From assembly GCA_028819565.1 (NCBI GenBank), contig JAPPLD010000020.1:32099-96098 (forward strand): a stretch of DNA of 64,000 nucleotides. Direction: 5' to 3'. The notes beneath the pieces were generated by a model. The model was not told the origin of the DNA and made no database searches. It worked only from the letters and a program-made list of their open reading frames with translations. Source of the stretch: Gammaproteobacteria bacterium. GTDB taxonomy: Bacteria; Pseudomonadota; Gammaproteobacteria; Poriferisulfidales; Poriferisulfidaceae. Positions 9,764-18,385 of the stretch are shown here, piece by piece (positions within the stretch are counted from its first letter, which is position 1; each line of letters starts with the position of its first letter). Position numbers and translations under genes: made by a program.

Positions 9764-11641
9764 ATTTTTTTTGCCCTGGCAGCGATTCCGTTCGCGGCCC
9801 AGGCCGAAACATGGAACATATATGGTTGGCAGAATCATTCCTGGGAGTTTGTGGATATCGACGGCGGACGCAGCTTCGACCGGATCCAGTCCAACGCGGG
9901 CAACATCGGCTTCGCGGCCAGCATGGACGCCGGCAACGACATCTCGGTCAACGTGCAATGCGAGCAGTTCACCTACTACAACCACTTCGCGGGCGGCACC
10001 GGCTGGTGCAACCGCAACTCCAAGATCGGTCTGTCCCATCCGCAGATGGGCGAGATCATGTTCGCCACCTGGCTGCTCCCCTACAACGAGGGCGTGGCGC
10101 AGTGGGTGGACCCGTTCTATGACGCTGGCGCGGACTCGCATACCAGCATCATGGGTTCGGTCGGTGCCAACACCATCTTCTACAACACCGGCGACTTCGA
10201 CATGCAAGCTTCGAATTCGCATCACTCCAACAGATTCGACGGATCAGCAGAAGCCTATGATGGGAACGGAGGTCACAACAGTTTCGAAGGCTTTCCTGAA
10301 TTCAACTATTCAGCACTTGGCTACGACACGGGCTTCAACCGTCGTCAGGAGAACATCATTCAGTACTGGTCGCCGAATTGGAACGGTTTCGTGTTCCGCT
10401 TCGCATGGACCGCTGGAATCCGTGATGAAAGCAGAGCCCGGAACGATCACGAAATCGATCCAGTAATTCGCTCCTCGAGCCTTGCCTACACCAATGGCCC
10501 GCTGTGGCTGGCGGTGACCTGGCAGGATCATGAAGACTGGACTGCGGCTTCCATTTCCGATGACGACAACAACCCGGTTATGGAAAGTTCAGATGCAGAA
10601 AGCATCCGGATTGCTGGCCGCTACATCATGGACATGGGTGATGGCATGAGCGTGCAGCTCTCGGCCATGTGGGAAAATCTGGAATACGAGTTCAACGGCG
10701 TGGTCGATGTTGATACGGCCATGTCTGCGTTTGGGTACTGGGGGTTTGCTGGTTCATACGATCTGTTTGATTCAAATGGCATGATTGATAAAGACCTAAC
10801 GCCCCGTGCCCCAGTGAAATCTACCGACTATGCGTCGAAAATTAATGGGAAACTTTTTAACGAGACGCTGATGGTAGGGACAGAGGGTCGTGCGCCCCCA
10901 GTGAGCCTTTCCTACACTGAGGCGACGGATGGAACAAGAACTTGGGAGGTAGGTTCTGGGGGAGACACTGATGTCGCCGCTCCTACGTTCACATTGGCAA
11001 GACAAGCGGTTACGGACGACCCGCTTACAACTGCTGATGAAACTGCCGCAGCAGTCGAAGCGGCTATGACCGGTGATTTGGCGCTCTATCTACAGGGGTT
11101 GAGCTATGTTGCCGATGATGAGAATGATGTTTCAGGTAATGCTGTAGCCAAAGCTCAATATGAAGCACTCAAAGCTGCGGGCATGAAAATTATTGACGAA
11201 GAGCATGAGGTTGCAATGGGAATGCACGAAACTACCGTAGCGAATTTAGATGACAAAGCAACCAACCGCGCTCAAGCCACAGAAGACAAAAACGTCAAGA
11301 TCGAGCGTGATGCCTGGATGGTGTCCGGCAAGATCAAGTTTGGCGGTCCCGTGGACTTCCGCTTCTCATACATGGACGCGGATGACCTTGAGGTTTCCTG
11401 CGGTTCAGCCTGCCGAGGTGACTGGGATGAGACCGCAGCGGACGCATGGAACGTGGGCCTGTTCTACACCATGCCTGCTGGCACGGAACTGCGTCTGACC
11501 TACTCCGAAGTCGACAATGACGACAATGGTACTTATGGTCAGGGGATCTCCGGTACCGGACTTGCCGGTGTCGGCGTGCAAGGTGGTAGTGGCGGCGAAA
11601 TCGAGATGTTCGCAGTGGGCATCGTGCACTGGTTTGACTGA
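9764..11641 (+). CDS. putative outer-membrane porin (beta-barrel), with a non-canonical or possibly disrupted start
   Basis: ORF track gives 9851..11641 (GTG). The same frame is open back to 9758 and encodes ..FFFALAAIPFAAQA|ETWNIYGW, a signal-peptide end plus AQA cleavage site, with no in-frame ATG/GTG/TTG before the T8 homopolymer at 9765-9772. Alternating-hydrophilicity beta-strand pattern, with aromatic-rich C-terminal residues (GIVHWFD, C-terminal residue Asp). A rho-independent terminator follows. Confidence 0.45.
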   Translation: MFFALAAIPFAAQAETWNIYGWQNHSWEFVDIDGGRSFDRIQSNAGNIGFAASMDAGNDISVNVQCEQFTYYNHFAGGTGWCNRNSKIGLSHPQMGEIMFATWLLPYNEGVAQWVDPFYDAGADSHTSIMGSVGANTIFYNTGDFDMQASNSHHSNRFDGSAEAYDGNGGHNSFEGFPEFNYSALGYDTGFNRRQENIIQYWSPNWNGFVFRFAWTAGIRDESRARNDHEIDPVIRSSSLAYTNGPLWLAVTWQDHEDWTAASISDDDNNPVMESSDAESIRIAGRYIMDMGDGMSVQLSAMWENLEYEFNGVVDVDTAMSAFGYWGFAGSYDLFDSNGMIDKDLTPRAPVKSTDYASKINGKLFNETLMVGTEGRAPPVSLSYTEATDGTRTWEVGSGGDTDVAAPTFTLARQAVTDDPLTTADETAAAVEAAMTGDLALYLQGLSYVADDENDVSGNAVAKAQYEALKAAGMKIIDEEHEVAMGMHETTVANLDDKATNRAQATEDKNVKIERDAWMVSGKIKFGGPVDFRFSYMDADDLEVSCGSACRGDWDETAADAWNVGLFYTMPAGTELRLTYSEVDNDDNGTYGQGISGTGLAGVGVQGGSGGEIEMFAVGIVHWFD

Positions 11642-11670
11642 TTCAGTCTGCTGCAGCACCCCAAACCAAA

Positions 11671-11700
11671 CAGGCGCCCTTCGGGGCGCCTGTTTTTTCT
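11671..11700 (+). terminator. rho-independent terminator after the porin gene
   Basis: CAGGCGCCC-TTCG-GGGCGCCTG hairpin followed by TTTTTTCT. Confidence 0.7.
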
Positions 11701-11786
11701 GTGGCTCTTCGAATCGGTTCTATCACTCTATAAGCCAATATAATGCGAGTTGGAGACTTCGCCGCTTTTGCGAGCGGGAACCGCAC

Positions 11787-12626
11787 ATGTCTGAGAATCC
11801 ACGAATCCTTCTGATCGGGGGCGGCAACATGGGCCGCTCGCTGGTGGGTGGCCTGATCCGTTCCGGCTGGGAAGCCGGCGACATCACGGTCTCCGACCCC
11901 AACCCGCAGTCTCACCAGGAGTTGGCCGCCAATTTCGGCCTGATGCAACTGTACTACGAGAATTCGCTGGCCTACTCCCGGGCTTCCGCGGAGGTCGTGT
12001 TGTTCGCGACCAAGCCCGACAAGTTGCCGACGACCGCGACCGAACTGGCGCCCTGGATGGTCACGGACAACCCTTTGCTGATAACCATCGCGGCCGGTGT
12101 GCGCGCAGACGACCTGGCGCGTTGGACAGGAGGGCATTGCCCGGTGGTGCGCGTCATGCCGAACACGCCGGCACTGGTCGGTGCCGGAATGAGCGCCCTG
12201 TATGCGCGGGAGGATGTTTCCGATGCCCAGCGCGCGCTCGCGGGCAGGATTATGGAGAGCGTCGGGAAGATTCTCTGGGTACGGGATGAGGCCCAGATGG
12301 ATACCGCGACGGCGGTTTCGGGCAGCGGGCCCGCCTATTTCTTCCTGTTCATGCAGGCGATGATCGAGGGGGCATGCCGCATGGGACTGGACGAGGCGCA
12401 GGCGCGCCTGCTGGTGCTGGAGACGGCTCGTGGCGCGCAGGAGCTGGCGAGCGCCTCGGAGGATTCCCTGCAGGAGCTTTGCCGAAAGGTGACGTCCAAG
12501 GGCGGGACGACCGAAGCCGCTTTGGATGTACTGGAAGGGGCCGGTTTTGAGACCTTGATTCTCAATGCGCTTGAGGCGGCGCGTCAGCGTGCCGAGGAAC
12601 TGGGGGACGAAAACGGCCGGGCCTGA
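11787..12626 (+). CDS. proC: pyrroline-5-carboxylate reductase
   Basis: In-frame ATG at 11787 within ORF 11517..12626. MSENPRILLIGGGNMGRSLVGGL is the ProC NAD(P)-binding N-terminus. C-terminal ...SKGGTTEAAL is conserved in ProC. Confidence 0.85.
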   Translation: MSENPRILLIGGGNMGRSLVGGLIRSGWEAGDITVSDPNPQSHQELAANFGLMQLYYENSLAYSRASAEVVLFATKPDKLPTTATELAPWMVTDNPLLITIAAGVRADDLARWTGGHCPVVRVMPNTPALVGAGMSALYAREDVSDAQRALAGRIMESVGKILWVRDEAQMDTATAVSGSGPAYFFLFMQAMIEGACRMGLDEAQARLLVLETARGAQELASASEDSLQELCRKVTSKGGTTEAALDVLEGAGFETLILNALEAARQRAEELGDENGRA

Positions 12627-12627
12627 T

Positions 12628-13170
12628 ATGGAAAGCCTGATCCAGTTCCTGCTGACCCTGTACCTGTACGGGATTCTGGTCCGGTTGCTGCTCACGTTCC
12701 ACCAGGCAGACTTCTACAACCCGATCTCGCAAGTGCTGGCACGGGTGACCGATCCGGTGTACCAGCCGGTTCGGCGCATCATGCCGTCGGCTCGGGGCTG
12801 GGACCTCGCCCTGCTTGCGATCGCATTGGTTCTGAAATTAATCATCCTTTACGTCGGCGGGGCCATGCAGCTGGGAGCCTCGATCCTGGGCCTGGTATTG
12901 TTCGCGCTGACCCAGATCGGTGGGATGATGCTGAACATCTACCTGGTTTCCCTGATCGCGGTGGTGATTGCCAGCTGGGTGCAGCTGTCGGCTGGCGCAG
13001 ATCAGTTCCTGAGCCTGGTGCGCAGCCTGACGACCCCGATGCTCATGCGGATTCGCGGAATGCTGCCGGATACGGGAATTTTGGATTTGTCTCCCATGGT
13101 GGCCCTGTTCGGGCTGTATTTTCTGCAGAGCGGGCTGTACCAGATCGGCCGATGGGGGTTGACCGTTTGA
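12628..13170 (+). CDS. yggT: YggT family membrane protein
   Basis: ATG 12628 within ORF 12565..13170. Hydrophobic ~180 aa protein immediately downstream of proC, the conserved proC-yggT pair. Sequence LVRLLLTFHQADFYNPISQ. Confidence 0.7.
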   Translation: MESLIQFLLTLYLYGILVRLLLTFHQADFYNPISQVLARVTDPVYQPVRRIMPSARGWDLALLAIALVLKLIILYVGGAMQLGASILGLVLFALTQIGGMMLNIYLVSLIAVVIASWVQLSAGADQFLSLVRSLTTPMLMRIRGMLPDTGILDLSPMVALFGLYFLQSGLYQIGRWGLTV

Positions 13171-13345
13171 AGCATGGATGCAGCCCAGCCTCTACTTGGT
13201 CGTCCCTGAGGCATTCGTTTTAGGTCAGGCTGCGTTGAGCGGTTGGCGTGGGGAGCAAACTGCATAGGCGCTGGAGAAATAAGGGCAACGATGATATAAA
13301 ACATAGTATATAATACAATTATTTACTAGGAGATATATCACTTCC

Positions 13346-13954
13346 ATGTCTGAGCCTGTATCGCAGCGGGAACGCCTTCTACGATTTCTCCATGAGAAGG
13401 GCATGGCCAAGTCCGCGGAAATCCAGCGGGCCGGGATTACTGCGGCCACCCTGTCCCGACTGGTCGCCGAAGGAGTGATTCTCCAACTGTCGCGCGGCCT
13501 GTATCAGCTTCCAGATTCCATTGGCGATGTCCACCACACGCTTGCGGAGGCATCCATGCGCGTGCCGCGGGGGGTGGTCTGCCTAGTTTCCGCACTAGCG
13601 TTCCATGGCCTGACCGATCAGATGCCCCGGTGTGTCTGGATGGCAATTGGCACGAAGGACTGGAAACCAGTCATTGACTATCCGCCGGTCCGCATCGCGC
13701 GCTTCTCGGAACCTTACCTATCGGCTGGCATTAGCGAGCACGTTGTTGAAGGGGTTCGAGTACCGGTCTACGACGTGGCGAAAACTCTGGCTGATTGCTT
13801 CCGCCATCGGCGCAGCGTTGGGCATCAGGTTGCCATTGAGGGAATTAGGGAGACGCTGCGCCAAGGAAGGGTAACGCCTGCGGAAATTGCTGCGGCCGCC
13901 GAAGAAAGGCGAGCATGGAACGTGATGCGACCCTATGTTGAGGCACTGGTCTGA
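13346..13954 (+). CDS. abiEi: AbiEi-family antitoxin (type IV TA system, wHTH transcriptional regulator)
   Basis: 202 aa. The N-terminal wHTH RERLLRFLHEKGMAKSAEIQRAGITAATLSRLVAEGVILQLSRGLY is typical of AbiEi_4. Directly followed by an AbiEii-type nucleotidyltransferase gene. AT-rich upstream region. Confidence 0.75.
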   Translation: MSEPVSQRERLLRFLHEKGMAKSAEIQRAGITAATLSRLVAEGVILQLSRGLYQLPDSIGDVHHTLAEASMRVPRGVVCLVSALAFHGLTDQMPRCVWMAIGTKDWKPVIDYPPVRIARFSEPYLSAGISEHVVEGVRVPVYDVAKTLADCFRHRRSVGHQVAIEGIRETLRQGRVTPAEIAAAAEERRAWNVMRPYVEALV

Positions 13955-13955
13955 C

Positions 13956-14864
13956 ATGCCCAAGAATATCGGCGCATCGGTTCGGGCGAAACTGTTCAAC
14001 ATCGCCCGCCAACGAGGTCAGGCATTCGACGTTGTCCTCACGATGTTTGTCCTTGAGCGACTTCTGTTTCGTCTCTCGGGTTCACGTTTCTCTGACCAAT
14101 TCGTCCTCAAGGGAGCCATGTTGCTGGCAACATGGCTGCCCGATTTCCACCGTGTGACTCGTGATCTTGACTTGTTAGGATTCGGATCCAGTGTGCCGGA
14201 GAAAGTCGCCGAGATTTTCCATGAGGTCGTAGACATCAAATGCCCGGATGGGGTTGAGTTTGACACGAAGAGCATCCGCGTTGAGCGTATCCGCGAAGAA
14301 CAGGAATATGGAGGTCTCCGGCTGCGTGCGATAGCGACGCTATCTGACGCACGAATTCCGGTGATCGTGGACATCGGGTTTGGAGATGCCGTCGCCCCGG
14401 GGTTGAGAGACATTGAGTATCCTGCTTTGCTTGATTTCCCGGTGGCGAAAATCCGGGCCTATGCACCCGAGACTGTCGTTGCCGAGAAATTCCAGGCGAT
14501 GGTGGCCCTCGGGCGTGTGAACAGCCGAATGAAGGACTTCTACGATATTTGGATGCTGTCGCGAATTTTCGACTTCAACCGTGACAGTCTGGCGCAGGCG
14601 ATCGCCGCCACGTTTTGTCGCCGGGGAACAGAGATTCCCACCCAACGGCCCGCTGCGTTGACACAGAATTTCAGTCTGGAACCGATCAAGATCAATCAAT
14701 GGCGATCTTTCACCGAGGATCTTGCCGTAACGGCTCCTGATCTTTCAGCGGTCGTGGAAGACCTTGCGGGCTTTCTTATGCCGGCTGCGGTTGAGGCAAA
14801 CCGGTGCAGAGACAAAGTCTTGGATGATCTTGCCAAGCGTGGCCAGGAGTTTGATGCGGCTTGA
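13956..14864 (+). CDS. abiEii: AbiEii/AbiGii-family nucleotidyltransferase toxin (DUF1814)
   Basis: ATG at 13956 within ORF 13935..14864. MPKNIGASVRAKLFNIARQRGQAFDVVLTMFVLERLLFRL is the conserved AbiEii N-terminus. The GS..D.D nucleotidyltransferase region LKGAMLLATWLPDFHRVTRDLDL is present. Confidence 0.75.
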   Translation: MPKNIGASVRAKLFNIARQRGQAFDVVLTMFVLERLLFRLSGSRFSDQFVLKGAMLLATWLPDFHRVTRDLDLLGFGSSVPEKVAEIFHEVVDIKCPDGVEFDTKSIRVERIREEQEYGGLRLRAIATLSDARIPVIVDIGFGDAVAPGLRDIEYPALLDFPVAKIRAYAPETVVAEKFQAMVALGRVNSRMKDFYDIWMLSRIFDFNRDSLAQAIAATFCRRGTEIPTQRPAALTQNFSLEPIKINQWRSFTEDLAVTAPDLSAVVEDLAGFLMPAAVEANRCRDKVLDDLAKRGQEFDAA

Positions 14865-15099
14865 AGCGCATCCCGATCATCTTGTCGCTGTTCCGCACTG
14901 AAATCTCCGCTTTGTCAGGCATACCAAGTGGGACTTGCCCCTTTATCTCATGCTGTGAGCCAGTTGAAGAATAGGCGCGCAGCATATTGACTTTTTGTAA
15001 GAGAGCGCTGGGAAAATTTGGACTCGGTTGTAACAGACCAGCCAGTGGGGACTTATAATCCGAGATGTCACTGGAAACGTCAAGAGAAGGCTGATAGCG

Positions 15100-16497
15100 A
15101 TGGCCCGCAAGCCGAAAATCGTCATTGTCGGAGGGGGAACCTCTGGTTTGGCTGCGGCATACACTTTACGCAGCAAATACGGAAGCAAGTTGGAAGTCGT
15201 TGTGCTGGAGGCAGCTGATCGCGCTGGAGGTCGCATTGCAGGGGAAGAAATTGGTGGTTTCTCCATCCATACCGGTGCATCAGTTTTCCACGAATCGTTT
15301 GAAACGGTTCAGGACTTGGCCGAAAGCCTCGGTGTCCCCTTGAAGATGAGTCCCCGCAAAAAAGGGGGGCACATCTACCGCGATGGGAAACTTTGGGGCA
15401 TCTATTCGAACGGTTCACTGAAACAGATGATGACAACCGTCCAGACCATCCTTTCTTTCCGGTTGTTAACGCCGAAAGCAATGTGGCAGTCCATGCGATT
15501 CTTTGGAATGCTGAAAGCCCGGGGCAACGACATTGACTTTCAGGACCACTCGAGAATGCTGGACCTGGACACCCCCGAAAGCTTTGCCGAATTCATGAAA
15601 GCGAATTCCCTGGTTGAATATCTGGAGCAGACCGGAGAAGTCGACATTAACTGCTTTACGGCGGGTTGTTCTGAAGAGGTCGGTGCCGCCCTTGGGATGG
15701 CGATGCTTTGGCTTTGGACCCTGAACCAATCCGAACGCTCATGCCTGCCCGGAAAAGGTGTCGGAGAATTTGCCGACGCGCTTGTAGGTGCATGTGCAGA
15801 AGACACCCGGCTCGGCACACCCGTCCAGCGTGTCGTGGTTGAGGAAGGGTGCGTGAAGGGTGTCATGGCAGGTAACGTGGGGAATGGCGACGGCTTTGTT
15901 GAGGCGGATGCGGTCATTTGTGCCGCTCCGGCCACGAAGGCACTTGAAATTATTCCCGACCTTCCTCCCGAGGCCAGACGCATCCTGAGCCGAGTCACGT
16001 ATTCTTCCTGCATCAACATGGCCATCGGGCTTGACGCGAATATCCTTCCCGAGGGTTCTCATGCCGCTGTGTTTCCCCCGGAATCCGGAACTTTTCTGAC
16101 CAACGTCAGCAACTTGGCCTCGATGGCGCCTCAGGCGGCGCCGGAGGGCAAGTCCCTGGTGTATGCGCTGGTGATTGGCGAACATGCCAGGGAACTCTTC
16201 GCCTTGAGCGACGACGAGATCGCAGGTCGGATAATCGAAGAAATCAGCAAGTATCTGCCGACCATGCCCGAAAAGCCCCTGTTCGCTCGCGTCTATCGCT
16301 GGCCCGAGGCGTTGTGTCTAGCCCCCGGCGGGATGCTGAAGGAGATCTACGAGATGCGCCAGCAGAAACTAGTTGACCTGGAAGGCCTGTTTCTTGCGGG
16401 TGACTACATGCGGATGCCTTCATGCAACGGCGCCCTGCTGAGCGGGGTGGACGCCGCCGGGGAATGCGCCTCTTTCGTCTCTCGGGACACGGTCTGA
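15100..16497 (+). CDS. FAD-dependent oxidoreductase (amine oxidase / protoporphyrinogen oxidase-like family)
   Basis: 465 aa. N-terminal dinucleotide-binding motif KIVIVGGGTSGLAAAY...VLEAADRAGGRI. Lower GC than the flanks, preceded by a 230-bp AT-rich spacer. Confidence 0.6.
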   Translation: MARKPKIVIVGGGTSGLAAAYTLRSKYGSKLEVVVLEAADRAGGRIAGEEIGGFSIHTGASVFHESFETVQDLAESLGVPLKMSPRKKGGHIYRDGKLWGIYSNGSLKQMMTTVQTILSFRLLTPKAMWQSMRFFGMLKARGNDIDFQDHSRMLDLDTPESFAEFMKANSLVEYLEQTGEVDINCFTAGCSEEVGAALGMAMLWLWTLNQSERSCLPGKGVGEFADALVGACAEDTRLGTPVQRVVVEEGCVKGVMAGNVGNGDGFVEADAVICAAPATKALEIIPDLPPEARRILSRVTYSSCINMAIGLDANILPEGSHAAVFPPESGTFLTNVSNLASMAPQAAPEGKSLVYALVIGEHARELFALSDDEIAGRIIEEISKYLPTMPEKPLFARVYRWPEALCLAPGGMLKEIYEMRQQKLVDLEGLFLAGDYMRMPSCNGALLSGVDAAGECASFVSRDTV

Positions 16498-16525
16498 TTC
16501 GCGACAGGCCGCAGGCCTCGACCGG

Positions 16526-17506
16526 CTACACGAGTCCGTGGAGCCAATTGAAGAACAACTGCCGGGAGACTTCCTTCCATGAGTGGCGCATTTCCTTCGT
16601 GAGAGCTTCTTCCGGGAATTCCTCGATCAATTCTTCATCTCCGTTTCTTGGCAAGGCACTTTCGCGGAAGGTCGCCGCAAGGTCGGTTGCCGAATCATTG
16701 AATGTGTTGTCTGGCAGGGGCGGATAATCCTCACGCTCTTGGTTCAAGTAGCGCAGGACCTCGCGTTTGTACTCCTTCAGCAGGCTGACGGCCTCGTATT
16801 CGGGATGCCCCTGGAAATAGAGCCGACGGCCGTCCGGCTCCACGGCCATCTGCACGCCGGCCACGGGTCCCGTGATCAGAACCTGCACACCGCATTCCCG
16901 GAGACTCTCTTCCGGGGCGTCATTGAAGCGCGAATGCGGCATCTCGAAACGGCTCGGAAGATCGGCGACCAGGGGGTGGTCGGGTTCGCAGACCGAGTGA
17001 TCGAAAATACCCCAGCGCTTATGCGGCAGGTGGCGACGGGCGACGCCATGGAAGATCAGGGCGGAAGCATGTGCGGCCAAGCAGGAGCAGAGCACCGGCA
17101 GGCGGCAGTCGTCAGCCTGCTTCAGCACGCCGGCCAGACCGTCCCAAAAAGGTTCGCTCGTCAGGTCGGGTTTGGTGACGTTGGCCCCGGTAATAATCAA
17201 AGCGTCCAGGTCTGTGCTGCCAATTTCCGCGCAGTCCCGGTAGTACTGCTGGAGATGTTCGCGACCTTCGTCTCCACGGGGGACACCTTCGATCGTGAAT
17301 AGATGTACGGCGCAGTAGCGTTCTTCGTGGCTGTCCAGAAGCCGCAGGAACTGCCGCTCGGTCGCGGCCAGCGCGCGGTCCGGCATCATGTTGAGCAGGC
17401 CGACATTCAAACGGATGGCATGTTCCGGGGTCTGCTCGGCAACCCGGGTGCCTTGTTCAGCAATCCGGTCCAGGCTGGGCAGGTCCTGCAGGCGAAGCAG
17501 GGGCAT
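16526..17506 (-). CDS. metA: homoserine O-acyltransferase MetA family (homoserine O-succinyl/acetyltransferase)
   Basis: 326 aa. Aligns with E. coli MetA across its length (LNMMPDRALAATERQFLRLL... / ...GHPEYEAVSLLKEYKRE vs GHPEYDAQTLAQEFFRD). The catalytic Cys lies in the VLCSCLAAHA region. Confidence 0.8.
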   Translation of the reverse strand: MPLLRLQDLPSLDRIAEQGTRVAEQTPEHAIRLNVGLLNMMPDRALAATERQFLRLLDSHEERYCAVHLFTIEGVPRGDEGREHLQQYYRDCAEIGSTDLDALIITGANVTKPDLTSEPFWDGLAGVLKQADDCRLPVLCSCLAAHASALIFHGVARRHLPHKRWGIFDHSVCEPDHPLVADLPSRFEMPHSRFNDAPEESLRECGVQVLITGPVAGVQMAVEPDGRRLYFQGHPEYEAVSLLKEYKREVLRYLNQEREDYPPLPDNTFNDSATDLAATFRESALPRNGDEELIEEFPEEALTKEMRHSWKEVSRQLFFNWLHGLV

Positions 17507-17511
17507 GGGGG

Positions 17512-18357
17512 CTAGCCCGCGCGTTCGATGGCTTGGGCGATCAGGTCAACAAAATCATCGGCGTTCTGTACGCGGCTGACTTCGTCCATGCTGACGGTGT
17601 ACCCGTATTCGGTAGCAATGCCTTGGTAGCGTTCCAAGCGGTCCCGCGACAGCCTCGGGAAAGCCCAGCGGGTGAAATCGTCAGGGTTGATGTCTTGGAA
17701 ATCGCTCAAGTCGTGCTCGGCCATGAAATCCTCAATCGCTTGATCCAGGAAAGCCTCCGGGTAGTAGAGAGGTTTGGGGCTTTTCGCCTGGCGATCGCAG
17801 AGCTCCTCGATCTGCTGGTCGTCGGCGTGGATGTACAGGATCAGGGTATGTTCGGCCAGCAAGTCGAATACGTCCGGCCTTTGCAATTCGCATAGGCTGC
17901 CGCCGGCATCGTTCACGAGATGCGGATAGCCGTAGATCTCCTGTCCTTTACGGATGAAATCCGGGACATCCTGCATGGCCTTGATTTCGGCTTCGTGATG
18001 AAGCCGCAGGCGGTTCTTGAATTCCTCCAGCGACAGCCCGCCAAGCCCGGAATTTCCGGGTTTGCCGAGAAAGGTCGAGACCGGCTCCAGGTTGCCGACG
18101 GTGAGATTGTTGGAGATGTAGATGGAGTCCGAGCGCAGCAGGTCCGCCAGGAACGGCACCTCCATCATCTTCGACTTGAGGTTGTCGAGGATGTTCTCGC
18201 TGAGGTAGCGGGTTCCGATCCGGTAGTCCCCGGAGTAGTGGAACCACTGGGTCTTGTCCAGCCGCTCGGAAAGCCGGGTCTTGCCCACGCCGGACATGCC
18301 GAGCAAGGTGACGGCCTTGTGCGGGAGGGCGCGGAATTCAGCGGCGGTCAGGCGCAT
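17512..18357 (-). CDS. P-loop NTPase of unknown function (Walker A GMSGVGKT)
   Basis: 281 aa with Walker A LLGMSGVGKTRL near the N-terminus. Tightly linked on the same strand between the ALDH and metA genes. Confidence 0.45.
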   Translation of the reverse strand: MRLTAAEFRALPHKAVTLLGMSGVGKTRLSERLDKTQWFHYSGDYRIGTRYLSENILDNLKSKMMEVPFLADLLRSDSIYISNNLTVGNLEPVSTFLGKPGNSGLGGLSLEEFKNRLRLHHEAEIKAMQDVPDFIRKGQEIYGYPHLVNDAGGSLCELQRPDVFDLLAEHTLILYIHADDQQIEELCDRQAKSPKPLYYPEAFLDQAIEDFMAEHDLSDFQDINPDDFTRWAFPRLSRDRLERYQGIATEYGYTVSMDEVSRVQNADDFVDLIAQAIERAG

Positions 18358-18385
18358 CGGAATAGGGGAACGGGCGGTTCCAGAA

